From: Methylococcaceae bacterium UBA662
GTDB taxonomy: Bacteria > Pseudomonadota > Gammaproteobacteria > Methylococcales > Methylomonadaceae
DNA length: 64,000 nucleotides
Reading direction: 5' to 3'
NCBI GenBank assembly: GCA_002299425.1
Contig: DBNW01000055.1
Coordinates: 10,949 to 74,948 of the forward strand
Positions within the stretch are counted from its first letter, which is position 1; the number at the start of each line of letters is the position of its first letter. Below, piece by piece: positions 45,725 through 55,238 of this stretch. The position numbers and the translations under genes were made by a program. A model generated the notes under the pieces. That model was not told the origin of the DNA. It saw only the letters and a list, made by a program, of their open reading frames with translations, and ran no database searches.

Positions 45725-46054
45725 TCACGGACACGCAGCGAAATCGTGTACCCAGACGAGACTGTCGTCGTCCCACGCCATCCCAGCATGCATTTTAAGA
45801 ATAAGGGCCTTGTAAAAAACCAGGCTCGGAAAGCCCTCGGCAACGGCCTCGGCATCCCCCATATCCCCTAGCCGTTCTTGGCGCAGTTGCGTGATAACAA
45901 ATGGTTTGTTTTGTAACACGAAGGTCTCACCCGGCCAACCGTAAACACCGTTGCGGCGTTGTTGGGTTTTTTGCCCCGCCAGCACCGCCTCCACCAACTT
46001 AGAATGAGTGACGAGTCGGTCCAGTGAGCAGGTTTTTTCGGGTAATTTAGACAT
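45725..46054 (-). CDS. ASCH-domain protein
   Basis: AVLAGQKTQQRR (GxKxxxxR), RQERLGDM...AVAEGF, VWV..F. Confidence 0.8.
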   Translation of the reverse strand: MSKLPEKTCSLDRLVTHSKLVEAVLAGQKTQQRRNGVYGWPGETFVLQNKPFVITQLRQERLGDMGDAEAVAEGFPSLVFYKALILKMHAGMAWDDDSLVWVHDFAACP

Positions 46055-46087
46055 AGCTGTTGTTAGTGTTAGGTGATGGTAGCGCCT

Positions 46088-46627
46088 TTAAGGGGCGTAA
46101 TGTAAAGAGGTCAGCCACAGATTAATTTGGCTGGCTGCCAGATTGGTTAAGGCAACCAAAGCGGTCACCGCTCCTTTAGCGTCGGCACTGGGACAGGCTT
46201 TCTTTAAAACAAACTGCCGACCGGCAATCAGGGTACCGTCTGGGCCAAAGGCTCTGGCCCGAATCCTAAGACTGGCCTCGGCCTGCTGGGGTGTGGAAAA
46301 TTGTTGCTCAAATTCCAATAATTCCATATCCAGCACCCTGTTATGGCCTATACCGCCCCGCAACAAGTGCTGCTGCAACAATTCCGGAGCCGGAGCCAAC
46401 CATTTATCCAGATTATAAGCGCGGACTTGGCTGGCGGCATGGTACAGCAGCCGAAAGCGGATTTTGCCGTCATCCAACCAGCCGGGTGCCGTTACCGTAA
46501 TTTGCGCGGTGCTGTCGGCGTTTTTAGGTTCGCCTACTAAGCCAAAATCGTGCAGGGTTGGTGGTGGCACAACACTTCTGGTGCAGGCTGAAACCAGCAC
46601 CCACATAACAAACCAGGCAAACCTCAT
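46088..46627 (-). CDS. ABC-type transport auxiliary lipoprotein (PqiC-like)
   Basis: Lipobox VSAC, WLAPAPELL, LLEFEQQF; last core gene of the MCE operon. Confidence 0.8.
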   Translation of the reverse strand: MRFAWFVMWVLVSACTRSVVPPPTLHDFGLVGEPKNADSTAQITVTAPGWLDDGKIRFRLLYHAASQVRAYNLDKWLAPAPELLQQHLLRGGIGHNRVLDMELLEFEQQFSTPQQAEASLRIRARAFGPDGTLIAGRQFVLKKACPSADAKGAVTALVALTNLAASQINLWLTSLHYAP

Positions 46628-46630
46628 ACT

Positions 46631-47545
46631 TTACTCCTGAAAATTAGGTTCGCCCGGTGCAGGAACCTTAGAAACATCGGCACCAAACAGCAAAGCCTGC
46701 GGGTCTTGCTCAAAAACCTTCGCAGTACGCTTAATTTGGCTGCTGGTCGACTGCAAATCACCCAACAACTGATTGAGTCTCGGCAACGTAGTGGATAACA
46801 ACACATGACCTGCCACGGTACCGCCTTTAACCAATTCCTTAGCTTCGTCGTTCAAACGCTTGACATGCGTGGTCAAGCCCCGCAGGTCGCCTGTTAATTC
46901 GTTGATGTTGGCTAAGGTTCGGTGAGCATCTCGGCTCAGGCCGGGTACTTCCAGCAAAGCCTTGTCAATACTTTTTTCTAATTCGTTCAGCTTCCCGGTC
47001 AGATCTCTCATGCCACTTAGAATTTCACTGATGTGTTTTTGGTTTTCATCGCTCAAGACATTGTTTAGGCGCACCATAAAAATATCAGTCTTGCGTAAAA
47101 TCTCTTCCCCGGCGTCTAACAGTTGGTCGGTTTTTGACGGCCTGATGGGTATGCGGTATTCAGGCTTATCGTTGCCCGGCGGAAGCAGCTCCCTAACACC
47201 GCCGGCGTCAAGCAATTGCAACTGGGTCAGGCCGGTTACGCCTTTTAATTGCAACACCCCGTACACCCCCCGGGTTAAGGTAATGTCTTTGTCAACCTCA
47301 ATGGGTATAACGATAATGTTGCTGTCGTTAGGGTCAAATTGAATGCTGATAACCTTACCGACGGCAATGCCGCGAAAATACACCGTTGTCTCAGGGTTTA
47401 AGCCCGCAACTGATGCCTGAGTCGCGACAAAATAAAGGTTGCGCTGTTCCTGGAAGCGACCGAGCCAGATGATGCTGGCGACAGTAATGGCCACTAGGCT
47501 GAATAAAAACACCCCGGTAGCCAGCGCGTGGTTGGTTTTAGCCAT
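46631..47545 (-). CDS. MlaD/MCE-domain protein with long helical tail
   Basis: N-terminal TM helix, SVAGL....VYFRGI.VGKV, QGVTG-like LKGVTGL, DPQALLFG. Confidence 0.9.
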   Translation of the reverse strand: MAKTNHALATGVFLFSLVAITVASIIWLGRFQEQRNLYFVATQASVAGLNPETTVYFRGIAVGKVISIQFDPNDSNIIVIPIEVDKDITLTRGVYGVLQLKGVTGLTQLQLLDAGGVRELLPPGNDKPEYRIPIRPSKTDQLLDAGEEILRKTDIFMVRLNNVLSDENQKHISEILSGMRDLTGKLNELEKSIDKALLEVPGLSRDAHRTLANINELTGDLRGLTTHVKRLNDEAKELVKGGTVAGHVLLSTTLPRLNQLLGDLQSTSSQIKRTAKVFEQDPQALLFGADVSKVPAPGEPNFQE

Positions 47546-48338
47546 GCTCGTACCCTAAGTTTTGAAACACTCGCTTTGCCCGTAGGTTATGGAAAAAATC
47601 GTTGATAAAAGCATGTCGGCCTTGCAAGACAAACGGCAGCGAACCGTAGGCAATCACTTGCCGGTCAGCCAATACGGCAACTTTAGTACACAAATCGCGT
47701 AACACGTCCAAGTCATGGGTCACCAAAACCACGGTAAAATGCAATTGCCGGTGCAGCCCGGCCAACAAATCGACAAAGTCTTGACTGGCTATTGGGTCCA
47801 GCCCTGCGGTTGGCTCATCTAACAACAGCAGGCCAGGTTCTAAAATCAACGCCCGCGCCAACGCCACCCGCTTAATCATACCGCCTGAGAGTTCCGCCGG
47901 CTTCAACCAGGCGTTTTGTGGCTGCAAGCCCACGGCCAGCAGCTTCATGATCACCAAGCGTTCGATCACGCGCTCATCGCGTATACCCGTTTCCCGCAGC
48001 GGAAAAGCTATGTTCTCAAATACATCCAGGGCACTGAACAGAGCACCCCGCTGGAACAGCACACCGCACAGTTGGGCGGCGGTTGCCATAGCCGTGTGCG
48101 TTAAAAAACCGTCTAAGGTCTCCCCCATTAGGCGCACCCTGCCTTGGCTGGGTGTCTGCAAACCCATAATTTCACGCAATAACGTTGTTTTGCCGCAACC
48201 GGACGCGCCTACCAGGCCGACGATTTCACCCCTAGCAATGGTCAGGTTAATGTCTTGGTGGACAATTTTTATGTTTCCTAAGTCATCGCTGAACTGAGTC
48301 CACAGGTGTTCAATTTCAATGGCAGCCGTAACGGTCAT
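47538..48338 (-). CDS. ABC ATP-binding protein (MlaF-like)
   Basis: GASGCGKT, FQRGALFS, ELSGGMIKRVALARAL, LLDEPTAGLDP, VTHDLD. Confidence 0.92.
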   Translation of the reverse strand: MTVTAAIEIEHLWTQFSDDLGNIKIVHQDINLTIARGEIVGLVGASGCGKTTLLREIMGLQTPSQGRVRLMGETLDGFLTHTAMATAAQLCGVLFQRGALFSALDVFENIAFPLRETGIRDERVIERLVIMKLLAVGLQPQNAWLKPAELSGGMIKRVALARALILEPGLLLLDEPTAGLDPIASQDFVDLLAGLHRQLHFTVVLVTHDLDVLRDLCTKVAVLADRQVIAYGSLPFVLQGRHAFINDFFHNLRAKRVFQNLGYEHG

Positions 48339-49489
48339 GAAAAACCCACTGCCATAAACAAAATGGCAAACACCGCGTCCATCATGATGACCGCAGTAAT
48401 GGCCGCAACCACCGAGTTGGTAGTCTCATTACCTAAGCTTTCCGTGTTAGGCTTGATTTTAAAACCGAAATGGCAGGCAATCAAGGCGATGCAAAACCCA
48501 AATACAGTGCTTTTTAGTAAGGCGATCAAAAGGTTGCTTAACGGCACCACTTCCGGCAACTTAAATAAAAACTGCCGGTAACTAATGTCCAAGATACCCT
48601 GCGCGGAGAGGATGCCACCAAGCAACGCCGCAGCACTGGTCCACACAGCCAGCAAAGGCAACACTACGGCCAAGGCGGTCACTTTTGGCAAAACCAAGCG
48701 CAAGGAATGCGATATCCCCATCGCCGACAAGGCATCCAATTCTTCCGTAACCCGCATGATGCCAATTTGTGCCGTCATTGCCGAGCCAGAACGTCCGGCC
48801 ACCAAAATTGCCGCCAACAACGGACCCAGTTCACGAATAATGCTCATGCCTAAGATATTGATAATAAAAATTTCACCACCAAACATTTGCAACTGCAAAG
48901 CGGACAAGTAGCTTAAGACAATGCCAATCAAAAAACCCAACAAGGCAGTAATCCCCAGTGCTCTGACTCCGGTATCGTAGACGGTGCCAATGACATCCGG
49001 CCAAGGAATGGCCCTAACATTGGCCAGCAAATAGCCAAAATCCAACACCAACTGCCCCAACAAAGCCAGCACACTCAACACGTGCCCAAAAAAATTGCGT
49101 AACGGCTTGTTTAGCGTCTGCTCCATTATCTGGGCAACGGACCGCCTCGGTGTCAGCACCGGCACCATGCCCGGCACCTCTTGCCAGTGCTCTAACAACC
49201 GCAGGTGATCGCGGCTGCCTTGTATTGAGACCGGCAAATGCCCGCCCCAAGCCTGCCAAATTTGCAGGGCGGCGTAACTGTCCAGCAAGGCCATCGCGCT
49301 TAAATCCCAGTGCAATTCTGGGGTATCGCCCAGTGCCTGTAATTTTTTTAACACGTCTTTATCCGGCAAAAGCCTGGCCAAAGTCCAATCGCCAGCCAAG
49401 CCGACGCAGACTCGCCCGTCCTCTAACCGAGATTCAACTAACCGCAGGGCCTGCCCGGGCAGGGGGTTAGGGTCCGTTTTCGATGACAC
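48335..49489 (-). CDS. MlaE-family permease with N-terminal STAS-like domain (GTG start)
   Basis: LAGDWT, IIRELGPLLAAILVAGRSGSAMTAQIGIMRVTEELDAL, TTNSVV. Confidence 0.92.
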   Translation of the reverse strand: MSSKTDPNPLPGQALRLVESRLEDGRVCVGLAGDWTLARLLPDKDVLKKLQALGDTPELHWDLSAMALLDSYAALQIWQAWGGHLPVSIQGSRDHLRLLEHWQEVPGMVPVLTPRRSVAQIMEQTLNKPLRNFFGHVLSVLALLGQLVLDFGYLLANVRAIPWPDVIGTVYDTGVRALGITALLGFLIGIVLSYLSALQLQMFGGEIFIINILGMSIIRELGPLLAAILVAGRSGSAMTAQIGIMRVTEELDALSAMGISHSLRLVLPKVTALAVVLPLLAVWTSAAALLGGILSAQGILDISYRQFLFKLPEVVPLSNLLIALLKSTVFGFCIALIACHFGFKIKPNTESLGNETTNSVVAAITAVIMMDAVFAILFMAVGFS

Positions 49490-50576
49490 CGCCTACCTCC
49501 TGGCCGTTTTGTTCAAATCGTGGCCAAGCGTTCAGGACCGCCTTGACCACCGTTGCCAAGGGAATGGCAAAAAACACGCCCCAAAATCCCCATAACCCGC
49601 CAAAAAACAAGATAGCGACAATAATGGCCACGGCATGCAAGTTAACGGCTTCCGAAAGCAAAAACGGAATCAACACCACAGCATCGACAGCCTGGATAAC
49701 CGCATAGGCGATCAGCACATACATAAATTCATCCGCTTGCAAGCCCCATTGAAAATAGGCTACAAACACCACAGGGAACGTCACTAAGGTTGCACCGATG
49801 TAAGGGATAATCACCGACAAGCCAATCAGCAAGGACAGCAACATGGCATAGTTCAAGCCGATGGTTGCAAACGTAATGTAACAGGCCACCCAAACAATAA
49901 TGACCTCGGTAATTTTTCCGCGTACATAATTGCCAATCTGGGTATCCACCTCCTGCCACACTTGGCGGGTCAGGTGGCTATTTTTGGGCATACAGTTCAA
50001 CACCCAGGCGATAAACAATTTTTTGTCCTTTAAAAAGAAAAACACCAGCATCGGCATCAAAAACAAATACACCAAGGTGCTGACCAACCCCAGCACGGAG
50101 GCAGCGGAAAAAGACAGCACCGTCTGCCCGTAGCTTAACAACTCCCGCTGTATACCCAGCAGTATTTGCTGAGTTCGGTTCTCGGTCATCCAGGCCGGGT
50201 ACGCTTGCGGCAAGCGCAGAATTTCTATTTCAGCGCGGTTTATCAGATACGGTATGTTCTGCATCAAGTCAAAGGTTTGTTGGGATACCTTAGGGGTCAG
50301 GTAAAACAACAAAAATCCCACCCCCACAACAAAAGCAAAAAACACCAGACACACCGCCAGCAGCCTAGGTGCGCCGCAGTGTTCGGCCTTGCCAACCAAA
50401 CCTTCAAGCAAATAGGCCAAGACCACCGAGGCAAACACCGGCATTAACACGCTCGCCAAAAAATAAATCAGCCCAAAAACCACCACCAGAACCACCGCTA
50501 ACGACACGGTCTGTTCGTTTGGCAGCACCCGCCTATACAGCGCATTAAAAAAATCCAGCCGAGTTAGGTTGGTCAT
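49467..50576 (-). CDS. AI-2E (PerM/UPF0118) family transporter
   Basis: LAYLLEGLV, QIGNYVRGK, IIPYIGA, P.L.SEAVNLH, LFFGGLWGFWGVFFAIPL. Confidence 0.9.
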   Translation of the reverse strand: MTNLTRLDFFNALYRRVLPNEQTVSLAVVLVVVFGLIYFLASVLMPVFASVVLAYLLEGLVGKAEHCGAPRLLAVCLVFFAFVVGVGFLLFYLTPKVSQQTFDLMQNIPYLINRAEIEILRLPQAYPAWMTENRTQQILLGIQRELLSYGQTVLSFSAASVLGLVSTLVYLFLMPMLVFFFLKDKKLFIAWVLNCMPKNSHLTRQVWQEVDTQIGNYVRGKITEVIIVWVACYITFATIGLNYAMLLSLLIGLSVIIPYIGATLVTFPVVFVAYFQWGLQADEFMYVLIAYAVIQAVDAVVLIPFLLSEAVNLHAVAIIVAILFFGGLWGFWGVFFAIPLATVVKAVLNAWPRFEQNGQEVGGVIENGP

Positions 50577-50650
50577 AGCCGATAGGCTCCGTATAGCATG
50601 ATGACGGTTGCTATATTACCGTTAACCCAGAACTTAGACCTACTCAGACT

Positions 50651-50678
50651 TTGCAACGGCGGTACCATCCCTTACAAT
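50651..50678 (+). promoter_or_regulatory. Sigma70-type promoter for the DHH gene
   Basis: TTGCAA-N16-TACAAT, 27 nt upstream of the ATG. Confidence 0.6.
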
Positions 50679-50705
50679 GACTGCCCGCCTGACAATTAGG
50701 ATTTC

Positions 50706-51671
50706 ATGATGCAATTTGATGTTTTTAATGGTGATGCCGATGGTATTTGTGCCTTGGTGCAATTGCATCTGGCTGCACCGAGACCCCCCCAGCACCGGTT
50801 GGTTACCGGTCTAAAAAGGGACATCCTGCTGTTGGATCAAGTCATCGCAAGTCCGGGCGATCAAGTGACTGTCCTGGACATTTCCATGGAAAAAAATGCC
50901 GCTGCCCTGCTGAAAATTCTCGCCCAAGGGGCGCACGTCCTCTACGTGGACCACCACCAGGCAGGCGAAATTCCAGTCCATTCCAACCTTAAAGCAATTA
51001 TTGACACCGGCGCCAACACCTGCACCAGCCTGCTGGTTAACGACTACCTCAACGGGCAATACCGGGCTTGGGCGGTTACTGCCGCTTTTGGCGACAATCT
51101 GATTGACAGTGCCGTAGCCGCCGCAAAATCTTTGTCGCTGTCAGAGCAACAACTTGAAAAACTTAATAATTTAGGCGTTTGCATCAACTACAACGGCTAC
51201 GGCGGCAGCGTAGCCGACCTGCATATTGCCCCTGAAGCCTTATTCCGGGAGCTGGTCGTCTACCCCTCGCCGTTTGCGTTTATGGACGACAACCCGCAGA
51301 CCTACCAGCACTTGCTCGCCGGCTACGCCGATGACATGGCGCAGGCACTCAGGCTGAAACCGGAACACCAAACTGCGGCGATCGCCGTTTACATTCTGCC
51401 TGACCAAGCTTGGGCCAGGCGCGTCAGCGGCGTGTTCGGCAACGAGCTGGCCAACCGGCAGCCCCAGCGTGCCCACGCCGTGTTGAGTTTGACCGCTAAA
51501 GGCGACTACCAAATCAGCGTCAGGGCTCCCTTGTCCAACAAAACCGGGGCGGACGAATTGTGTTCGCAATTCCCCACCGGCGGAGGGCGAAAAGCCGCCG
51601 CCGGAGTCAACCATTTACCCGTAGAACAATTGCCTGACTTCATCACGGCTTTTGCCCGGCAGTACCGGTAA
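50706..51671 (+). CDS. DHH/DHHA1-family phosphoesterase
   Basis: NGDADG, VLDIS, YVDHH, SVRAP, TGGGRKAAAG. Confidence 0.85.
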   Translation: MMQFDVFNGDADGICALVQLHLAAPRPPQHRLVTGLKRDILLLDQVIASPGDQVTVLDISMEKNAAALLKILAQGAHVLYVDHHQAGEIPVHSNLKAIIDTGANTCTSLLVNDYLNGQYRAWAVTAAFGDNLIDSAVAAAKSLSLSEQQLEKLNNLGVCINYNGYGGSVADLHIAPEALFRELVVYPSPFAFMDDNPQTYQHLLAGYADDMAQALRLKPEHQTAAIAVYILPDQAWARRVSGVFGNELANRQPQRAHAVLSLTAKGDYQISVRAPLSNKTGADELCSQFPTGGGRKAAAGVNHLPVEQLPDFITAFARQYR

Positions 51672-51739
51672 AATGCCGCTTGACAAAACTTAAGCCCTAA
51701 CCGCCGCTTAAATTAACTCAGTTCACTCCCTAATAGCCT

Positions 51740-52360
51740 ATGAACACACCCAGCAAAAGCTCCAACACCGTCTGGCACCATGCTACCGTTGCCCGCGCCG
51801 ACCGGGAAAGACTGCATGGCCATAAAAGTGCCATCATTTGGTTCACTGGTTTGTCTGGATCGGGCAAGTCTACTCTGGCCCATGCCGTGGAAGATCGTTT
51901 GTTCAGGCAGGGCGTTTCTACGTTCGTGCTGGATGGCGACAACATCCGCCACGGTTTATGCAGCGACTTAAGCTTCAGTAACGAGGATCGAATAGAAAAC
52001 ATACGCCGCATCGGCGAGGTGGCCAAGCTCATCATAGAAGCGGGCGTTATCACCTTGACTGCCTTCATTTCCCCGTTCAAATCTGACCGCAACGCCGCCA
52101 GAAATCTGGTACCGCATGGCGATTTCTTAGAAATTTACTGCCAATGCCCGATTGAAACCTGCGAACAACGCGATGTAAAAGGCCTTTACAAAAAAGCCAG
52201 GTCCGGACAAATCCCCCATTTCACCGGCATTGCCTCACCTTACGAAGCCCCGGAGAATCCCGAATTGGTGGTCAACACCCACGAGCAATCGTTAGATGAC
52301 AGCGTAGCCAGCATCATGGTTTTGTTAAGGTCGCGCGGCATCGTTAGTTTAACACCTTGA
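51740..52360 (+). CDS. cysC: Adenylyl-sulfate kinase
   Basis: [53 protein letters not shown]. Confidence 0.97.
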   Translation: MNTPSKSSNTVWHHATVARADRERLHGHKSAIIWFTGLSGSGKSTLAHAVEDRLFRQGVSTFVLDGDNIRHGLCSDLSFSNEDRIENIRRIGEVAKLIIEAGVITLTAFISPFKSDRNAARNLVPHGDFLEIYCQCPIETCEQRDVKGLYKKARSGQIPHFTGIASPYEAPENPELVVNTHEQSLDDSVASIMVLLRSRGIVSLTP

Positions 52361-52362
52361 TA

Positions 52363-53943
52363 TTAAAGGCATTTCAGCACCATAAGGGTGATGTCGTCGT
52401 CAAAGTTATCGCGACCGGCAAAGGCCTTAGCCGCCGCCAACAAGGCTTGCAGTATCTGCCGAGGTTCTTCCCCGGCATGTTGCCGCAACACACTGTCCAC
52501 CCTGTCCACGCCAAAAAACTCACCGGCACCGTTTTCCGCTTCGCTAATGCCGTCGGTAAAACACAACACCACATCGCCCGAAAGCAAGCTAACCGATCGC
52601 TCGGTGTAGCATTCGTCCGGGTTCACCCCCAAAACCAACCCCTGCGCCACCAACGGCTGACAGCACCGAGTTTTAGCTTCAAACCACAGCGGGTAAGGAT
52701 GCCCGGCACTGGCAAAAACCGCCTGGTGCGTTTTACTATCAAACTGTAAGTAAAACAGGGTAATGAAATAATCGGCTTTGTCCAAGTCTTCAAATAAAGA
52801 AGCGTTCAGCCATTGCAACACTTGTGCCGGCGTACCCGGACGGCTAGCCTGGGCGCGGAGGGCACTCCTAGTTTCCACCATAAACAGTGCCGGGCCGATA
52901 GAGTGGCCACAAACATCAGCAATCACCATGTCCACACAACCATCGCTGCGGAAAAAGTAATCGAAGTAATCGCCGCCAATGCGGTTAGCCGGCAGGCACA
53001 ACCCGGTCACTTCAAACCCGGGTGCCGACAAGGGTGCGGAGGGTAACAAAGACGCCTGGATTTTTTGGGCAATGGCGATTTCGTTTTGGGCAATGGCCAA
53101 AGCGATATGGTTTTCGCGGATTTGTTGCTCGGCCGCTTTGCGGGCCGTGATGTCGTTGATAAAGCCGCTAAAAATGTAGCGTTGCCCCAGTTTCAGCGGG
53201 GACACGCTCACTTCCACCGGAAACTCACTGCCGTCGCGGCGCAGGGCGAAATGCTCGACCCGTTTGTTAAGCAGGGGGCAAACGCCTAAGCTCAAAAACA
53301 GCGCCAAACCCCGTTGAAAATCGCTGCGGTAGTGCGGCGGGACAATCAACTGCCCTACAGACTGGCCAACGGCCTCCTGATACGTCCACCCAAACAGCAT
53401 CTCGGCCTGGCCGTTCCAATCCGTTATGAACCCGTCAGCATCCATCAGAATGATGGCACTCAAGGCGTTTTCTATCACTAACCGGGTGCGTTGCTCACTT
53501 TCCACCAGTGCATCCTCGAAATGCTTTCTGGCTGTGATATCGCGGTCAACGCCCCGCCATTTAAGCAATTTTCCTGACGGGTCGATAATCGGCAAGCCGG
53601 TCGATTCGGTATAGACCAGATGGCCGTCTTTGTGCCTTAAGGTGTTGACCAAACCGTAAAAGGGCTGGTACAGGTCAGCAAAACTTTTTTGATAGACTTT
53701 GTCTTGGTCGGTCAAAAACGCGGTGTAATGCTTGCCCAGCACCTGGTCTGGGACAAATCCCAGTATCTGCCCAACCGCCACGCTGCTGTAAATGTAGTAA
53801 CCCTCAGAGTTTTGCTCCCACAGCCATTCGCCGGTCATCTCGGCCATCTGCCGGAAGCGCTCCTCGCTTTCAGCCAAGGCCGATTCAGCCGCTTGGCAAA
53901 AATCAATTGCTGGGTGTTCTAACGCGTTTATCACGGTTTGCAC
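52363..53943 (-). CDS. PAS-PAS-SpoIIE (PP2C) serine phosphatase
   Basis: Two PAS/PAC domains (WRGVDRDIT, GFINDIT); IGGDYFD, IADVCGH, FTDGISE, DDITL. Confidence 0.92.
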   Translation of the reverse strand: MQTVINALEHPAIDFCQAAESALAESEERFRQMAEMTGEWLWEQNSEGYYIYSSVAVGQILGFVPDQVLGKHYTAFLTDQDKVYQKSFADLYQPFYGLVNTLRHKDGHLVYTESTGLPIIDPSGKLLKWRGVDRDITARKHFEDALVESEQRTRLVIENALSAIILMDADGFITDWNGQAEMLFGWTYQEAVGQSVGQLIVPPHYRSDFQRGLALFLSLGVCPLLNKRVEHFALRRDGSEFPVEVSVSPLKLGQRYIFSGFINDITARKAAEQQIRENHIALAIAQNEIAIAQKIQASLLPSAPLSAPGFEVTGLCLPANRIGGDYFDYFFRSDGCVDMVIADVCGHSIGPALFMVETRSALRAQASRPGTPAQVLQWLNASLFEDLDKADYFITLFYLQFDSKTHQAVFASAGHPYPLWFEAKTRCCQPLVAQGLVLGVNPDECYTERSVSLLSGDVVLCFTDGISEAENGAGEFFGVDRVDSVLRQHAGEEPRQILQALLAAAKAFAGRDNFDDDITLMVLKCL

Positions 53944-54033
53944 AAGGCATCACTTAACTTCAGCCACTTAAAAAAAAACGACCAACGACTGCGTTAATCG
54001 CTGATCAAAAATCAACGGGCGTCTGCAAAAGCC

Positions 54034-55047
54034 CTAAGACAGCTTAATTAGGCGCTGTTCTTGCGCCGACTGCAAAGCGGCGACCATCGCCCGGCAATTG
54101 CCTTTGGCATCGTCGAAGGTCAACAAAGGCGCCTGCCCAGCCAACACGCATTGGCTGAAATGCTCGATTTCCAGGCAAAAATGGTTGGCTGGCGGCAAGT
54201 GCTCTTCGCCTTCGCGTCCGTCTTCAGACCACCAGGAAATCACCGGCACATCGCCCGGCATACACCAGACGGTGTGGCATTTTAGGCCGCCTTTGCTGCC
54301 AATAATTTCGTACTCGCAGCGGCGGGCGCGGTTAAAACTGACATCAAACTGGGCAAAGCGGCCTTCGCCGTAATCAAACACGCCGCTACAGGCCGAATCA
54401 GCCCCGCTTTCCACATAGTCTGCCATCGCCATTACCGACAACGGTTCCTGGCCAAAACACGTCCGCACACAATGAATGGCATAGCAGCCAATATCCCACA
54501 TGGCCCCGCCGCCTTGCTCGATGGATTCGGCCAGCCGGTACCGCCGCGCCGGTCGCATCATGAATGAGAAACGGGCGTGTACCGTGCGAATGTCGCCAAT
54601 TAACCCCGAGTCCAGCAATTCGCGTACCCTAGCGTGTTGAGGATGGAAGCGGTACATGAACCCTTCCATCACCGTAACGTTTTGTTTAAGTGCCGCTGCC
54701 TCAATGGCTTCAATATCCTTAACTTTTAAGGCCATCGGCTTCTCGCACAGCACATGCTTGCCTTGGTCAATGGCCTTTAATACCCACTCGGCATGTTCGT
54801 GGTTGGCCAGTGGCAGATAAATGGCCTGCACCTCGGCATCGTCTAGCACGGCTGTCAGGCTGTCATAGACCTTAACGTGCGGTTGATCCGGTGCGTAGCT
54901 TGCCAAGGTTGCTGCCGCTGCACCAACCCTACGGCTGCCAATGGCCGTTAATTTGGCGTTGCCCGCCTCCACGATTGCCGGCAGCAAACGCTCGTTGACC
55001 CGCGCCGCACCCAAAATTCCCCAGCATACTCGTTTGTCCGCGTTCAT
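54034..55047 (-). CDS. Gfo/Idh/MocA-family oxidoreductase
   Basis: WGILGAA, HVLCEKP, EGFMYRFHPQ, GGGAMWDIGCY. Confidence 0.92.
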   Translation of the reverse strand: MNADKRVCWGILGAARVNERLLPAIVEAGNAKLTAIGSRRVGAAAATLASYAPDQPHVKVYDSLTAVLDDAEVQAIYLPLANHEHAEWVLKAIDQGKHVLCEKPMALKVKDIEAIEAAALKQNVTVMEGFMYRFHPQHARVRELLDSGLIGDIRTVHARFSFMMRPARRYRLAESIEQGGGAMWDIGCYAIHCVRTCFGQEPLSVMAMADYVESGADSACSGVFDYGEGRFAQFDVSFNRARRCEYEIIGSKGGLKCHTVWCMPGDVPVISWWSEDGREGEEHLPPANHFCLEIEHFSQCVLAGQAPLLTFDDAKGNCRAMVAALQSAQEQRLIKLS

Positions 55048-55238
55048 TTTCCCTCCTCGTCGGTATTCAAAGCCAATGCCCTAATAGTAGGGTACTGCGT
55101 GTTAAAAAGGCCTCACTTTAGGCAAAAAATCACTTTTTTGCGCTTAGTTCCGCCAAAAAATAAAAACCTTGGCTACTATTAGCCTTCCCTAACATCTCCA
55201 TCAACTTTAATTCCATCAACCTTACTAAGGTGTCCCTC

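Noticed and set aside
51680-51714. Perfect TTGACA upstream of cysC
   Set aside because: No acceptable -10 hexamer at 16-18 nt spacing.
55169-55183. TTGGC...GC as a sigma54 promoter for the barrel gene (also 34541-34554 before cytochrome c)
   Set aside because: GG-to-GC spacing is 9 and 8 nt respectively, rather than the strict 10.
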